DNA of 27,174 nucleotides, from assembly GCA_947175715.1 (NCBI GenBank), contig CAMWOD010000001.1:1-27174 (forward strand). The letters are read 5' to 3'. The notes under the pieces were generated by a model, which made no database searches, had not been told where the DNA came from, and saw only the letters and a list, made by a program, of their open reading frames with translations. A program made the translations under genes and the position numbers. Of the stretch, positions 9,132 to 18,919 are shown in pieces (position 1 is the stretch's first letter; every line of letters begins with the position of its first letter). Source of the stretch: an uncultured Porphyromonadaceae bacterium (lineage in GTDB: Bacteria > Bacteroidota > Bacteroidia > Bacteroidales > Muribaculaceae).

Positions 9132-9782
9132 ATGCGTATTGACACGATAGAGCTCAAGGAAGCACTCCCACAGGTGTTTCGTGACGACCCGGCCCCCGAG
9201 TCGCAGATATGGCTCACCGACGTTGAGTTCCGCCGCCCCAACCTGTATATGGTCGCTGCCGAGTCGGGCAAAGGTAAATCGTCGATGTGCAGTTATATCT
9301 ACGGCAACCGCAACGACTACATGGGTCAGATACTCTTCAATGGCGAGGATATCCGCAACTACGATATAATGCGATGGTCGGAGATACGCCGCTCGCACTT
9401 GGCGCTCCTCCCCCAGGAGTTGCGGCTCTTCCCCGAGCTGTCGGCAATGGACAATATAAGGCTTAAAAACCGCCTTACCGACTTCAAGACCGAGGAGGAG
9501 ATACTCATGATGCTCGACATGCTTGGCATCAAGCATAAGGCCAATCAGCTGGCAGCATACCTGTCGGTAGGTCAGCAGCAGCGCGTGGCCATAGTGCGCT
9601 CACTGTGCCAACCTTTCGACTTCATAATGCTCGACGAGCCGGTGAGCCACCTCGATGCCGGCAACAACCGCATTGCCGCCGACCTTATCGTCGAGGAGGC
9701 TAAGCGGCAGCAGGCCGGTGTGATCACCACCTCGGTGGGCAACCACTTGGCTCTGGTCGACCCCATCACCTTGAGGCTTTAA
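9132..9782 (+). CDS. ABC transporter ATP-binding protein
   Basis: Walker A 'AESGKGKSS', signature 'LSVGQQQR', Walker B/D-loop 'FIMLDEPVSHLD'. Confidence 0.95.
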   Translation: MRIDTIELKEALPQVFRDDPAPESQIWLTDVEFRRPNLYMVAAESGKGKSSMCSYIYGNRNDYMGQILFNGEDIRNYDIMRWSEIRRSHLALLPQELRLFPELSAMDNIRLKNRLTDFKTEEEILMMLDMLGIKHKANQLAAYLSVGQQQRVAIVRSLCQPFDFIMLDEPVSHLDAGNNRIAADLIVEEAKRQQAGVITTSVGNHLALVDPITLRL

Positions 9783-9817
9783 CCCATCATATTATTTAAC
9801 AAGATAAATATCATACC

Positions 9818-11002
9818 TTGTCACAACCCAGTATAGTGTGGCGCCTGTTGCGCCGAAATATATCAGCCGGGCAGATTGCAGGATTTGCCGCAGCCAATCT
9901 TGTGGGCATGATTATCGTGCTCACCGCATTGCAGTTTTACCGCGATGTCACATCGGTAATCAATACCGAGGACAATATGCTTACGCAGGATTACATCGTG
10001 TTGTCGCGTAAAGTTAAGGATGTGTCGTTTGGCAAGTCGACGGGCTTCTCTGTTGCCGACATTGCCGACATTGAGAAGCAGCCGTGGGTCAAGCGGGTAG
10101 CCCCTTTCACAGCCTCGCGATTCCATGTCACAGGCAAGATCGACCTGGGCTCCGGTATGTACACCCATCTATTCTTCGAGTCAATACCCGATGATTATTT
10201 CGACACCCTGCCCCCCGACTGGAGCTTTGACCCCGAGGAGGAGAATCCTACGATACCTATTGTGCTGTCGCGCGACTATCTGGCGCTCTACAACTTCGGT
10301 TTCGCCGCTACGCGCGGCCTGCCGCAGTTCAGCGAGGAGCTGATAAGCGAGCTCGAGCTTAAGGTGTCGGTGAGCGGTAATGGTTTGGAGCGCACTTTCC
10401 CGGGGCGCGTAGTGGGTTTCAGCAACCGACTTAACACGATTTCGGCTCCGCAAGCCTTTGTTGAATGGGCCAACGGTATCTATGCTGTCGACAAGGAGGA
10501 AGACCCAATGCGACTGATCGTGCAGGTGACCGACCCCGGCGACCCCGTCATCAAGGCATACCTTGAGGAGCACGGCATGGAAAGTGCCGGCGACAAGCTC
10601 GAATCGGGCAAGGCCGCCCACTTCTTCACTATCGCCACGACTGTTGTGGTGGGTGTGGGTGTGATTATTTGCCTGCTGTCGTTCTTCATCCTGATGCTCT
10701 CAGTTTATCTGCTGATACAGAAGAACCGCCAGAAAATACACGACCTCATTCTCTTGGGCTATACCCCCGGGCAGGTGAGCAAGTACTACATACGCCTGTC
10801 GGTGATCACCAACGTGTCGGTGCTGCTGCTCAGCTGCATCACGGTGTTTGTGGCACAGCAGCTATGGCTTGAACCGGTGAGAACTATCGGCTCGGAGGTA
10901 GCGTCGTTGATCCCCACTTACATCGTGGGCCTGATAATGGTGCTGGTGATTATAGGCTTCAATGTGGCTGCCATCAAGCGCCTTACTCGCCGTTCCGTCT
11001 GA
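9818..11002 (+). CDS. ABC transporter permease (FtsX/MacB-like topology)
   Basis: One N-terminal TM helix, a large periplasmic domain, three C-terminal TM helices; TTG start. Confidence 0.85.
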   Translation: MSQPSIVWRLLRRNISAGQIAGFAAANLVGMIIVLTALQFYRDVTSVINTEDNMLTQDYIVLSRKVKDVSFGKSTGFSVADIADIEKQPWVKRVAPFTASRFHVTGKIDLGSGMYTHLFFESIPDDYFDTLPPDWSFDPEEENPTIPIVLSRDYLALYNFGFAATRGLPQFSEELISELELKVSVSGNGLERTFPGRVVGFSNRLNTISAPQAFVEWANGIYAVDKEEDPMRLIVQVTDPGDPVIKAYLEEHGMESAGDKLESGKAAHFFTIATTVVVGVGVIICLLSFFILMLSVYLLIQKNRQKIHDLILLGYTPGQVSKYYIRLSVITNVSVLLLSCITVFVAQQLWLEPVRTIGSEVASLIPTYIVGLIMVLVIIGFNVAAIKRLTRRSV

Positions 11003-11531
11003 ATATTGAGAAGTTGACCGAGCCATAGGCGCGGTGCTCAACAAACATGGGGTGCGACGAGTAGTCGTGATGCTTGTTGTGCTCGAGTATGAAATATCCT
11101 CCGGGGCGAAGCAGATTGCCGTCGAGCACCATTTGCGGCACTTCGTCGAAGTTGGGCAGGTCGTAAGGAGGATCGGCGAATATCAAGTCATACCCGTTGC
11201 CTGCCGATTTTGCTGCAAGAAATTTGAATACATCACCCCGTATCAGCCTCACCTCGCGAGCGCCCAGCTCATCTATCACTTTGGATATAAATCGGGCTTG
11301 CGTGGGAGCCTTTTCCACGGCTGTGACCGATCGGCTCCCTCGCGAGGCGAGCTCAAAACTTATAGCGCCGGTGCCGGCAAAGAGGTCGAGGGCATCCACC
11401 TGATCGAAGTAAACCAGGTTGTCGATCACATTGAATATGTTTTCGCGGGCGAAGTCGGTGGTGGGACGCGCCGTGATGTTGGTGGGCACCGAGAATCGGC
11501 GGCGCCCGTATTTACCTGTGATTATTCGCAT
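10983..11531 (-). CDS. rsmD: 16S rRNA (guanine966-N2)-methyltransferase RsmD
   Basis: 'MRIITGKY', 'RPTTDFARENIFN', 'LDLFAGTGAISFELASRG', 'DLIFADPPY'. Start ATG 11531. Confidence 0.93.
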   Translation of the reverse strand: MRIITGKYGRRRFSVPTNITARPTTDFARENIFNVIDNLVYFDQVDALDLFAGTGAISFELASRGSRSVTAVEKAPTQARFISKVIDELGAREVRLIRGDVFKFLAAKSAGNGYDLIFADPPYDLPNFDEVPQMVLDGNLLRPGGYFILEHNKHHDYSSHPMFVEHRAYGSVNFSIFRRNGE

Positions 11532-12313
11532 AGTGGCATCACTATTAGTGAGAAAGGAGCTTCCGAAGCACACTCGTTCGAACCGTAGAGCGTGGCTGGA
11601 AATATGGCTGGCATCACACCTGCCAGGAGGTCGCGCAGGGTTTCGGTGAGTTGGTCGCGCAGAGTGCGGTCGCCTGCTATGATTAGCTCATCGGTCATCT
11701 GGTCGAGTTGTAGCAACTCGCGGGCAGCCATTATGAAATATACGGCATCGACTGTGTCGGTATATGTGAATGTATTGAGCATTCTGAGGCCTCCGCGGCC
11801 ATAAACGATGATGTCGAGGGTACGTCGGTCGCTGACGTTGACATACATCTTGCCAGCTTGACCTATACGGCTCTTGGAGTAAAAATAGCGGCTCAACGGG
11901 GCAACGCGGTGCTCGATTGTGGCGCTCGGCCATGTGCGCATCACAAAGTTGCTCAGCGATGGTGGTATCTTGAAGTCGAGTGTCTCCACGGCTCCGGCCT
12001 GGCACCGTATCCACCCCTCGGCGGGTTCGGTGTCGGCGGCGATGGCGGGTGGAAGCACCGTGTAGTCGGAGCCGTCGTAGATTACGCTCACGCGTCCGAA
12101 GTCGTTTACCAGCCATTCGTTGGCATAGATTGTCTCCTCCAGCCGGCGGGTAATGCTGTCGGCATTGTCGTCATCGTCGATGTCGAGGGTGTACAGCTGC
12201 AGTCCCGCGGCATCGGCCGAGTGAAACAGCATGGCATAGAGATGCCTCGATGTGATGAGCATATACAGTCGCCACAGTCGTGGCTGCTCGATATTGGGTG
12301 CTTCTATGGTCAT
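11522..12313 (-). CDS. DUF3822 family protein
   Basis: 'YFYSKSRIG..GKMY', 'LNTF', 'DAVYFI', 'DELIIAGD', C-terminal 'LCE*' overlapping the rsmD start, as I recall for the Bacteroidetes DUF3822-rsmD pair. Confidence 0.8.
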   Translation of the reverse strand: MTIEAPNIEQPRLWRLYMLITSRHLYAMLFHSADAAGLQLYTLDIDDDDNADSITRRLEETIYANEWLVNDFGRVSVIYDGSDYTVLPPAIAADTEPAEGWIRCQAGAVETLDFKIPPSLSNFVMRTWPSATIEHRVAPLSRYFYSKSRIGQAGKMYVNVSDRRTLDIIVYGRGGLRMLNTFTYTDTVDAVYFIMAARELLQLDQMTDELIIAGDRTLRDQLTETLRDLLAGVMPAIFPATLYGSNECASEAPFSLIVMPLCE

Positions 12314-14367
12314 CGACTTAAGCTTGAGTTGCTATTGTTGTTGCGTAGGCCGCCGCCGTGCGATATGCCCGACGAGCCGCGGTGGTTGTAGTCATATTGA
12401 TTGCCTCCACCCTGGTAGAAGTTGTCAAATTCATCATCATCTTCATCATCATCGGTTCGGCGAGTCGACTTCTCCTTGGTTACTGGCTTATTCTTCTTGA
12501 TGGCGAGAGGTTTCTGCATGTCGAGTGGCAGCTCGTAGATATTCCACGACTGCTCGATATCCCAATTGGCCCTGGCGTTTATCTTTTTGGGGTAATAGTA
12601 CACTTCCTCGGGTTGAACCGAATCCATCAGCTTCCCCGCGTCCCACTTCCCGTTGCCGTTGGCGTCGATATAGGCACGTGCAAAGTAGGTGCCTGGGTCG
12701 ACGAAGTTGAACACGGCGCTACCGCTGTTGACGCGCGACTGAGCCACGGGACTATCGCCGCTATTGAGCAATTCCACCACTATGGGCTGATCAATACCGG
12801 GTGTGATATTGAATATCAGTGTTGAATAGTCTTCCTCGTTTTTTACCTTAAATTCGATGTTGGTAAAATCGTTATGTTCGCCGTATATATTGGTTACGGC
12901 AGCCGAATCGACTGCAAGACGATAGGAAGCACCAGGGTTCCAGTTGTACCATATAGTGTCGGCGAATACGGCTTGGCGCATTCCGCCACGTAAGGGTGGC
13001 TCGATGTCGGGGAATGGCGGCAGGGGCACCTCCTTCCATATCGTATCTTCCTTAATCGACAAGTGGTAGCCGCTGCGGTCTACGCTCCCAAGCGGGTCAT
13101 CCCATTTGATTACCAAGGGCTTGTTGAGGTCGAGTGTGCTCCCTCCATCTTTTTTAAGGGTGATGTGGTTGATCGGTGGTATGGAGTCATTGATCTCTTC
13201 GTCATCCTTCTTCTTTTTCTTGTCCTTCACTTTCGGTGCGCGGTAATACATCTTCAATGTATCGGTGTGGGCACTCAGCTGATTGGTGGAGTCGGTGCGC
13301 AGATAGGTGGTCGACATCAGTATCGAATCCTGGGCTATCACCGCCTCGTCGGTGATCCAGTAAGTGATGGAGTCGTTGGTGGCGTTGGCCTGGATTAATG
13401 CCCATTCGCTCGCCGGACGCCCGGCGTTGGGTCCGTTGGCTATCACAAGATCGGGCAGCGTGTCGGAGGGTGCGCCAAACTGCATTGTGATGTTTTTGGC
13501 CGTCGGGCGCTTGTAGTCGCGTAGGTATTGCGAGCGGTAGTTCTCGTTAAACCATGTGAGCAGCACGTCGTCGGGGGTGAAGTGAGTGATGGCGTGGGTC
13601 ACTATCGAGTCGGTGCCGTCGACTGCTGTGAGGGTATCGGTGGCCATACCAGGCTCATGGCCGGGGGTGATGGGCACTTCGTAGAAAGCCACATCCTCCG
13701 AGCGATCCCAATAGTAGTCGCGGTTCACGTCGTTGACGGCATATACGCGGTAGGTGCCCTCTTTGAGATTGCGCAGGGTGAACTGGCCGAGCTGATTGGT
13801 CTTGGCGATGCGGTCAAAGGGTTGGCGCATTATCAGTGAGTCGACCACCACCGTGTCGGGGAGATTGTCGATACGGTAGGCTCCAACGAGCATCCCCTGA
13901 GCCGGCTCGAGAGTGTGAGCTTCGAGCACCAGTCCCGATATTTGCAGCGAGTCGCGTGTGGGGCCTGTGGAGAAGTCGATGGCAAATCCGTCGAGAATGT
14001 TACCCTCGTTGAGATCGCGTATAGCGTCGGAGAAGTCGATTGTGTAGGTGGTGTTGGAGAGAAGCGAGTCGCGCAGTTCAAGGGTCACGCGCCTTCCGTT
14101 GGCGAATACCGAGGGTGGAGTGCGCTGTGCTGGCGATACCACCACACGCTTCATAGCCTCTTCTACTTTCACGTTCTCGTCGAATATGATTTCGAGCTTG
14201 GGCTTGGTGTGGTTGACGGCGCCGGGAGCCGGATTGGAGCGTACATATCGGGGTGGACGCGTGTCGCGCGGACCACCCCCCGGGCGACCCATCGACGCGC
14301 ACGCCGCCAGCAGTAGCAGCAAGCCTACTACCACGCACGGCATCATATATAGTCCACGACGGCTCAT
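12310..14367 (-). CDS. Ig-like (Big_5) domain-containing lipoprotein
   Basis: Lipobox 'LAAC' + 'ASMGRPGGGPRDTRPP', 'IIFDENV', 'NTTYTIDFSDAIRDLNEGN', 'D.NGNGKWD.G'. ATG 14367 preferred because the GTG at 14376 overlaps the promoter element. Confidence 0.85.
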   Translation of the reverse strand: MSRRGLYMMPCVVVGLLLLLAACASMGRPGGGPRDTRPPRYVRSNPAPGAVNHTKPKLEIIFDENVKVEEAMKRVVVSPAQRTPPSVFANGRRVTLELRDSLLSNTTYTIDFSDAIRDLNEGNILDGFAIDFSTGPTRDSLQISGLVLEAHTLEPAQGMLVGAYRIDNLPDTVVVDSLIMRQPFDRIAKTNQLGQFTLRNLKEGTYRVYAVNDVNRDYYWDRSEDVAFYEVPITPGHEPGMATDTLTAVDGTDSIVTHAITHFTPDDVLLTWFNENYRSQYLRDYKRPTAKNITMQFGAPSDTLPDLVIANGPNAGRPASEWALIQANATNDSITYWITDEAVIAQDSILMSTTYLRTDSTNQLSAHTDTLKMYYRAPKVKDKKKKKDDEEINDSIPPINHITLKKDGGSTLDLNKPLVIKWDDPLGSVDRSGYHLSIKEDTIWKEVPLPPFPDIEPPLRGGMRQAVFADTIWYNWNPGASYRLAVDSAAVTNIYGEHNDFTNIEFKVKNEEDYSTLIFNITPGIDQPIVVELLNSGDSPVAQSRVNSGSAVFNFVDPGTYFARAYIDANGNGKWDAGKLMDSVQPEEVYYYPKKINARANWDIEQSWNIYELPLDMQKPLAIKKNKPVTKEKSTRRTDDDEDDDEFDNFYQGGGNQYDYNHRGSSGISHGGGLRNNNSNSSLSR

Positions 14368-14375
14368 ATTGCCCA

Positions 14376-14383
14376 CAAAGGTA
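14376..14383 (-). promoter_or_regulatory. Bacteroidetes -7 element (TACCTTTG) for the Ig-like lipoprotein operon
   Basis: TAnnTTTG match 8 nt before ATG 14367; divergent from the coaX element. Confidence 0.6.
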
Positions 14384-14417
14384 ACTATTTTTCCTGAGTC
14401 GTATTGCCAATTTTTAT

Positions 14418-14425
14418 TATCTTTG
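14418..14425 (+). promoter_or_regulatory. Bacteroidetes -7 element (TATCTTTG) for the coaX operon
   Basis: TAnnTTTG match 8 nt before ATG 14434. Confidence 0.65.
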
Positions 14426-14433
14426 TCGCCGAT

Positions 14434-15165
14434 ATGTCGCTACTACTCACAATCGACCGGGGCAACTCCGCTCTTAAGCTTGCCCTGTGGCGCGATGATG
14501 CCATAGTGGCTCACCGTCAGTGTCATCAGCTTTCGGCAGGTGACATAGGCTCGTTGTTGGCCGACTGGAAGCTCGACGGAGTGATATACTCGTCGGTAGT
14601 CGACGATACATGTGAAGGGGTAGAGGCCCTGCGTCAGCTCGGTATCCCCACCATCACCCTTACATGCGACACCGAGCTGCCGATATCGATAGGCTACATC
14701 ACACCCCACACGTTGGGGCGCGACCGTATAGCCGCCGCGGTGGGGGCATGGTCGCTCCATCCCCACAGCCACCTGCTCGTGGTCGACATAGGCACGGCTG
14801 TGACCTACGATGTGGTGCGCGACAACTGCTTCGAAGGGGGTAACATAGCCCCGGGCCCTTGGATGCGCCTTGAGTCGCTGCACCGCCTCACGGCACGCCT
14901 ACCCCAGGTGGACCCTGAGGGCGACTACCGATTGTGGGGCGATACCACGGCCACTGCCATGCGTGCCGGCTCGATCAACGGCATCATAGCTGAGATTGAG
15001 TACTATCGTGCGCATCTTGGGCCTGAATCTCAGGTGGTAATCACCGGTGGCGACTCATATCTGGTGACCCCGCACCTCAAGTTCAGGGCCGAATGCGAGC
15101 CCGATCTGGTGCATATAGGATTGAAAGAAATATTAACCCGTCATCTCGCCAACAATGCGGGCTGA
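14434..15165 (+). CDS. coaX: Type III pantothenate kinase
   Basis: 'LTIDRGNSALK', 'TLGRDRIAAAVGA', 'LVVDIGTAVTYD', 'GGNIAPG', 'ITGGD'. Start ATG 14434. Confidence 0.95.
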   Translation: MSLLLTIDRGNSALKLALWRDDAIVAHRQCHQLSAGDIGSLLADWKLDGVIYSSVVDDTCEGVEALRQLGIPTITLTCDTELPISIGYITPHTLGRDRIAAAVGAWSLHPHSHLLVVDIGTAVTYDVVRDNCFEGGNIAPGPWMRLESLHRLTARLPQVDPEGDYRLWGDTTATAMRAGSINGIIAEIEYYRAHLGPESQVVITGGDSYLVTPHLKFRAECEPDLVHIGLKEILTRHLANNAG

Positions 15166-15180
15166 CGCACTGACATAAAT

Positions 15181-16413
15181 ATGAAGAAACTGATTATTAC
15201 AGCCTTACTGGTCGTAGGTGCTACCCTGACATCACTCGCTCAGCTGTCGATGAGCCCATACTCACGCTACGGCTACGGCTTGCTCAACGATAACACCACA
15301 TCGACCCAGCGAGCCATGGGTGGCATTGGTTACGCCATGCACTCGGGGCGTCAGATCAACGTTATGAACCCCGCTTCGTATGCTCACTGCGACTCGCTCA
15401 CGTTTCTCTTCGACATGGGCATCGATATGACAGCCCTGTGGTCGAAAGAGAATGGGCACTCGGGCCGCGACCTGGGTGGCGGCCTCGACTACATCACCAT
15501 GCAATTTCCGGTGTCTAAGACTGTGGGCATGAGCCTGGGCCTTCTCCCCTACTCGTCGGTGGGCTACTCGTTCGGCAGCAAGATTGACTACGGTAAGTCG
15601 GAGCGTAGCGGCAACGGCGGCCTCAACCAGCTCTACTTAGGAGCAGGATGGGAGCCTGTCAAGGGGCTGTCGGCCGGAGTCAACTTGTCGTATCTGTTCG
15701 GCACCACCACCAACGATCTTTATGCCACCACCGACGCTGGCTCGCAGTCGCTCTACGAGCGCGTAATGATTGTGAGAGACTATCACGTGCAATTCGGTCT
15801 GCAGTACACCTGCAAGCTATCGAGCGCCAATACCCTCTCGGCCGGTCTCACCTATTCGCCCGGCAAGGACCTGCGAGGTCACACCTACGGCATATATTAC
15901 GACGTAAAAGCCGACGCCAAGCCCGATACTATCGGCTATATGTCGCTTCGCCACAATTATTCACTACCCGACACATGGGGCGCCGGTATCAACTACGAGT
16001 GGAACAATCGCTTCATGGCCGAGATCGATTTTACCTATCAGCCGTGGTCGAAGGCCAAGTATGCCCCAATGGAGAGCTTCGAGCAGACACGCCTGGCCGA
16101 CCGCTACAAGATAGCTGCCGGTGTGCAGTGGGTGCCGTCACCCCGTGGCTCATACCTGCGCCGCATCCAGTACCGTCTTGGCGGATACTTCAACCGCGAC
16201 TACCTGACCATACGTAGCAACAATGTGCACGAATACGGCCTGTCGGCTGGTTTCGGACTACCCGCACCGGGCTCCAAAACAATTGTGAACATTGGGCTGG
16301 AATACAAGCATCGCCAGGCGCACCCCGCACCACTGCTCAAGGAAAACTATTTCTGCCTCACAATCGGCGTCAACTTCAACGAAATGTGGTTCTGGCGCAG
16401 CAAGATACGCTAA
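15181..16413 (+). CDS. Outer-membrane beta-barrel protein (FadL/OmpP1-like)
   Basis: Signal peptide, 'SPYSRYGYG', 'AMGGIG.A', 'NPASY', alternating aromatic strands, C-terminal 'FNEMWF'. Confidence 0.8.
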   Translation: MKKLIITALLVVGATLTSLAQLSMSPYSRYGYGLLNDNTTSTQRAMGGIGYAMHSGRQINVMNPASYAHCDSLTFLFDMGIDMTALWSKENGHSGRDLGGGLDYITMQFPVSKTVGMSLGLLPYSSVGYSFGSKIDYGKSERSGNGGLNQLYLGAGWEPVKGLSAGVNLSYLFGTTTNDLYATTDAGSQSLYERVMIVRDYHVQFGLQYTCKLSSANTLSAGLTYSPGKDLRGHTYGIYYDVKADAKPDTIGYMSLRHNYSLPDTWGAGINYEWNNRFMAEIDFTYQPWSKAKYAPMESFEQTRLADRYKIAAGVQWVPSPRGSYLRRIQYRLGGYFNRDYLTIRSNNVHEYGLSAGFGLPAPGSKTIVNIGLEYKHRQAHPAPLLKENYFCLTIGVNFNEMWFWRSKIR

Positions 16414-16416
16414 AGT

Positions 16417-17079
16417 ATGCGCTCACTGCTGTGGATAATAGCCTCTTGCCTGGTGCTTAGTTGCGCTACGGCTTGCCGTGAGGAGCGCAAAGAGCGTGTG
16501 GGCGACATCAAGGATGAGGCCCACACCCCCACGATGGCCACCACCAACGTGTCGACGTTCATCTCCGACTCAGGCTATACCCGCTACCACATCACCGCCG
16601 ACCGCTGGTTTATCTACGACCAGGCCAACCCCCCTTACTGGTCATTTCCCGACGGCCTGTTTCTTGAGCGATACGACGACAACTTTGTGGCCGACGGCAC
16701 TTTCCAATGCGACTCCGCCACATTCCTGTCGCAAAGGAAGCTGTGGCAATTTGACGGCAATGTGCGTATGCGCAACAACGATGGTGACAAGTTTCTCACG
16801 CAGCAGCTATTCTGGGACCAAAATTCACACAAGCTCTACTGCGACTCGTTCATCCACATCGAAAAGAGCGACCGCGTGCTCGAAGGGGTAGGTTTCGTGT
16901 CAAACGAAAATCTCACCGACTATACGATACGCCGCCCCCAAGGCATATTCCCCGTCAAGGATCCTGAGCGTAACGATACTGTGACCGTCAACCCCGACAG
17001 TGTGCGTGCCGCTCGCCGGGCTCAGCAGGCCCCCATAGCCCCTGTCGAGGCCCCCAATACCATTACAATCTCCAATTAA
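16417..17079 (+). CDS. lptC: LPS export periplasmic protein LptC (Bacteroidetes type)
   Basis: Lipobox-like 'ATAC', 'ISDSG', 'FPDGLFLE.YD', 'FLTQQLFWDQ', 'G.GFVSNENL'. Confidence 0.85.
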   Translation: MRSLLWIIASCLVLSCATACREERKERVGDIKDEAHTPTMATTNVSTFISDSGYTRYHITADRWFIYDQANPPYWSFPDGLFLERYDDNFVADGTFQCDSATFLSQRKLWQFDGNVRMRNNDGDKFLTQQLFWDQNSHKLYCDSFIHIEKSDRVLEGVGFVSNENLTDYTIRRPQGIFPVKDPERNDTVTVNPDSVRAARRAQQAPIAPVEAPNTITISN

Positions 17080-17091
17080 CCCACTACAGCA

Positions 17092-18369
17092 TTGACCACC
17101 ACTCTGATAATAATAGTAACAATCGCCGCCCTGATTCTCTCGGGCCTTTTCTCGGGTACTGAGATAGCGTTCGTCACCTCCGACCGCGTGAGGGTGGAAA
17201 TCGACGTGAAAAAAGGGAATATCATAAGCCGTATTCTCAACTGCTTCTATCAGCGTTCCGAGCTGTTCATCTCCACCCTGCTTGTGGGAAACAATATCGC
17301 AGTGGTAATCTACGGTATGGCCGCCGCCAAGCTCGTGGAGCCGCAGTTGCAGCACTTCACCGACAACACATTTGTAATCCTGCTGCTGCAAACTCTCATA
17401 TCCACAATGGTGATACTCCTCACCGGTGAGTTCATCCCGAAGTCGACATTCAAGATCAACCCCAATATATCGATGAAGCTGGTGGCGATACCGATGTGGG
17501 TGCTCTACATCATACTTTACCCGATTTCACTCTTTACATCGTGGGTGTCGCGCTCACTGATGAAGCTCGTGGGTATATCGTCGAAAAACGACACCATGAG
17601 AGTGCTGTCGGTGGGCGATCTCAATGAGTATCTTGAGCGCACAATCGATGAGAGCCTTGAGGACAAAAAGCAGCTCGACAACGAGGTGAAGATGTTTCAC
17701 AACGCCCTCGACTTTTCATCAATCCACATGCGCGACTGCATGATACCTCGCAACGAGCTTGTGGCAGTCGATATTGACCATACCACCCGACAGCAGTTGA
17801 GCTCGCTATTCACCACATCGGGCCGCTCTAAGATACTGGTGTATCGCGATGATATCGACAATGTGTTGGGCTATATCCACGTATCCGAGCTTTTCGACCC
17901 GCATATCGACTGGAAAGACAAGCTTAAGCCGGTGGTTTTCGCTCCTGAGACTCTACTTGACTACAAGATGATGCTGCGCCTGCTCAGCGAGAAGCGCTCG
18001 CTGGCGGTGGTAATTGACGAATTTGGCGGAACGGCTGGATTGGTGACGCTCGAAGACCTTGTTGAGGAAATTTTCGGCGACATCCAGGATGAGCACGACA
18101 AGTCGCAAATCACTGGCAAAGAGGTAGCGCCGGGTGTATATGAGTTCTCTGGACGCGCCGAGGTGTCGGATATCAACGAGCAGTTCCACCTCGATATTCC
18201 CGAGGACGAGGAGTATCAGACACTGGCCGGATATCTGCTCCACACCACCGGTCAGATACCCGACCAGAACGCAAAGATATTGCTCGACAATATGGAATTT
18301 GAGGTGATCAAACGCACCGCCACTCGCCTCGAACTGATACGCCTTACTGTGCTTGCCAACGAAAACTGA
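17092..18369 (+). CDS. Hemolysin/HlyC-CorC family protein (CNNM + CBS pair + CorC), GldE-like
   Basis: 'FSGTEIAF', 'LLVGNNIA', 'GEFIPK', 'RDCMIPR', 'VIDEFGGTAGLVTLEDLVEEIFGDIQDEHD'. TTG start. Confidence 0.93.
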   Translation: MTTTLIIIVTIAALILSGLFSGTEIAFVTSDRVRVEIDVKKGNIISRILNCFYQRSELFISTLLVGNNIAVVIYGMAAAKLVEPQLQHFTDNTFVILLLQTLISTMVILLTGEFIPKSTFKINPNISMKLVAIPMWVLYIILYPISLFTSWVSRSLMKLVGISSKNDTMRVLSVGDLNEYLERTIDESLEDKKQLDNEVKMFHNALDFSSIHMRDCMIPRNELVAVDIDHTTRQQLSSLFTTSGRSKILVYRDDIDNVLGYIHVSELFDPHIDWKDKLKPVVFAPETLLDYKMMLRLLSEKRSLAVVIDEFGGTAGLVTLEDLVEEIFGDIQDEHDKSQITGKEVAPGVYEFSGRAEVSDINEQFHLDIPEDEEYQTLAGYLLHTTGQIPDQNAKILLDNMEFEVIKRTATRLELIRLTVLANEN

Positions 18370-18905
18370 TGGAGAAGAAAACCATATTCGATCTCAACCG
18401 CTGCGACATTGCCGGATTCAAGTCAATGCCGAAGTTGCCGCTGCGACTGGTGCTCGACAACATCCGGTCGCTCAACAATATCGGCTCGATGTTTCGCACC
18501 TCCGACGCTTTTCTAGTGGAGCGTATTCATTTGTGTGGCATCACGGCCACCCCACCCTCGGTCGAGATTCACAAGACGGCGCTCGGTGCCGAGGATTCGG
18601 TGGACTGGAGCTATCATGCCACCACTATGGACGCTGTCGAGGAGTTACGCCGCGAGGGCTACACCGTGTGCGCCCTTGAGCAGGTGAAGGAGTCAATCCC
18701 CCTCGACGAGTACGAAGTGCGCCCAGACGCTAAATATGCCATTGTGGTGGGGCATGAGGTTGACGGTGTCGACCCACAGGTGGTCAACGCATGCCAGGCG
18801 GCTATCGAAATACCTCAGATGGGCACCAAGCATTCGCTCAACGTGGCCGTCTCGGCGGGTCTGGCTCTGTGGACATTCTTCTCGGCCCTACGCCGCTATC
18901 ATTGA
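18369..18905 (+). CDS. TrmH/SpoU family RNA methyltransferase
   Basis: 'VLDNIRSLNNIGSMFRTSDAF', 'VVGHEVDGV', 'IEIPQMGTKHSLNVAVSAG'. Confidence 0.93.
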   Translation: MEKKTIFDLNRCDIAGFKSMPKLPLRLVLDNIRSLNNIGSMFRTSDAFLVERIHLCGITATPPSVEIHKTALGAEDSVDWSYHATTMDAVEELRREGYTVCALEQVKESIPLDEYEVRPDAKYAIVVGHEVDGVDPQVVNACQAAIEIPQMGTKHSLNVAVSAGLALWTFFSALRRYH

Positions 18906-18919
18906 TCTAATAGGAAATA

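Noticed and set aside
11940-12070. DUF3822 central segment looks ~10-15 aa shorter than homologs as I remember them
   Set aside because: The frame is intact with no visible lesion; it is likely ordinary lineage variation and cannot be verified without an alignment.
12320-12460. Trinucleotide-like runs (tcatcatca, ttgttg)
   Set aside because: They simply encode the Asp/Asn-rich low-complexity tail of the Ig-like protein.
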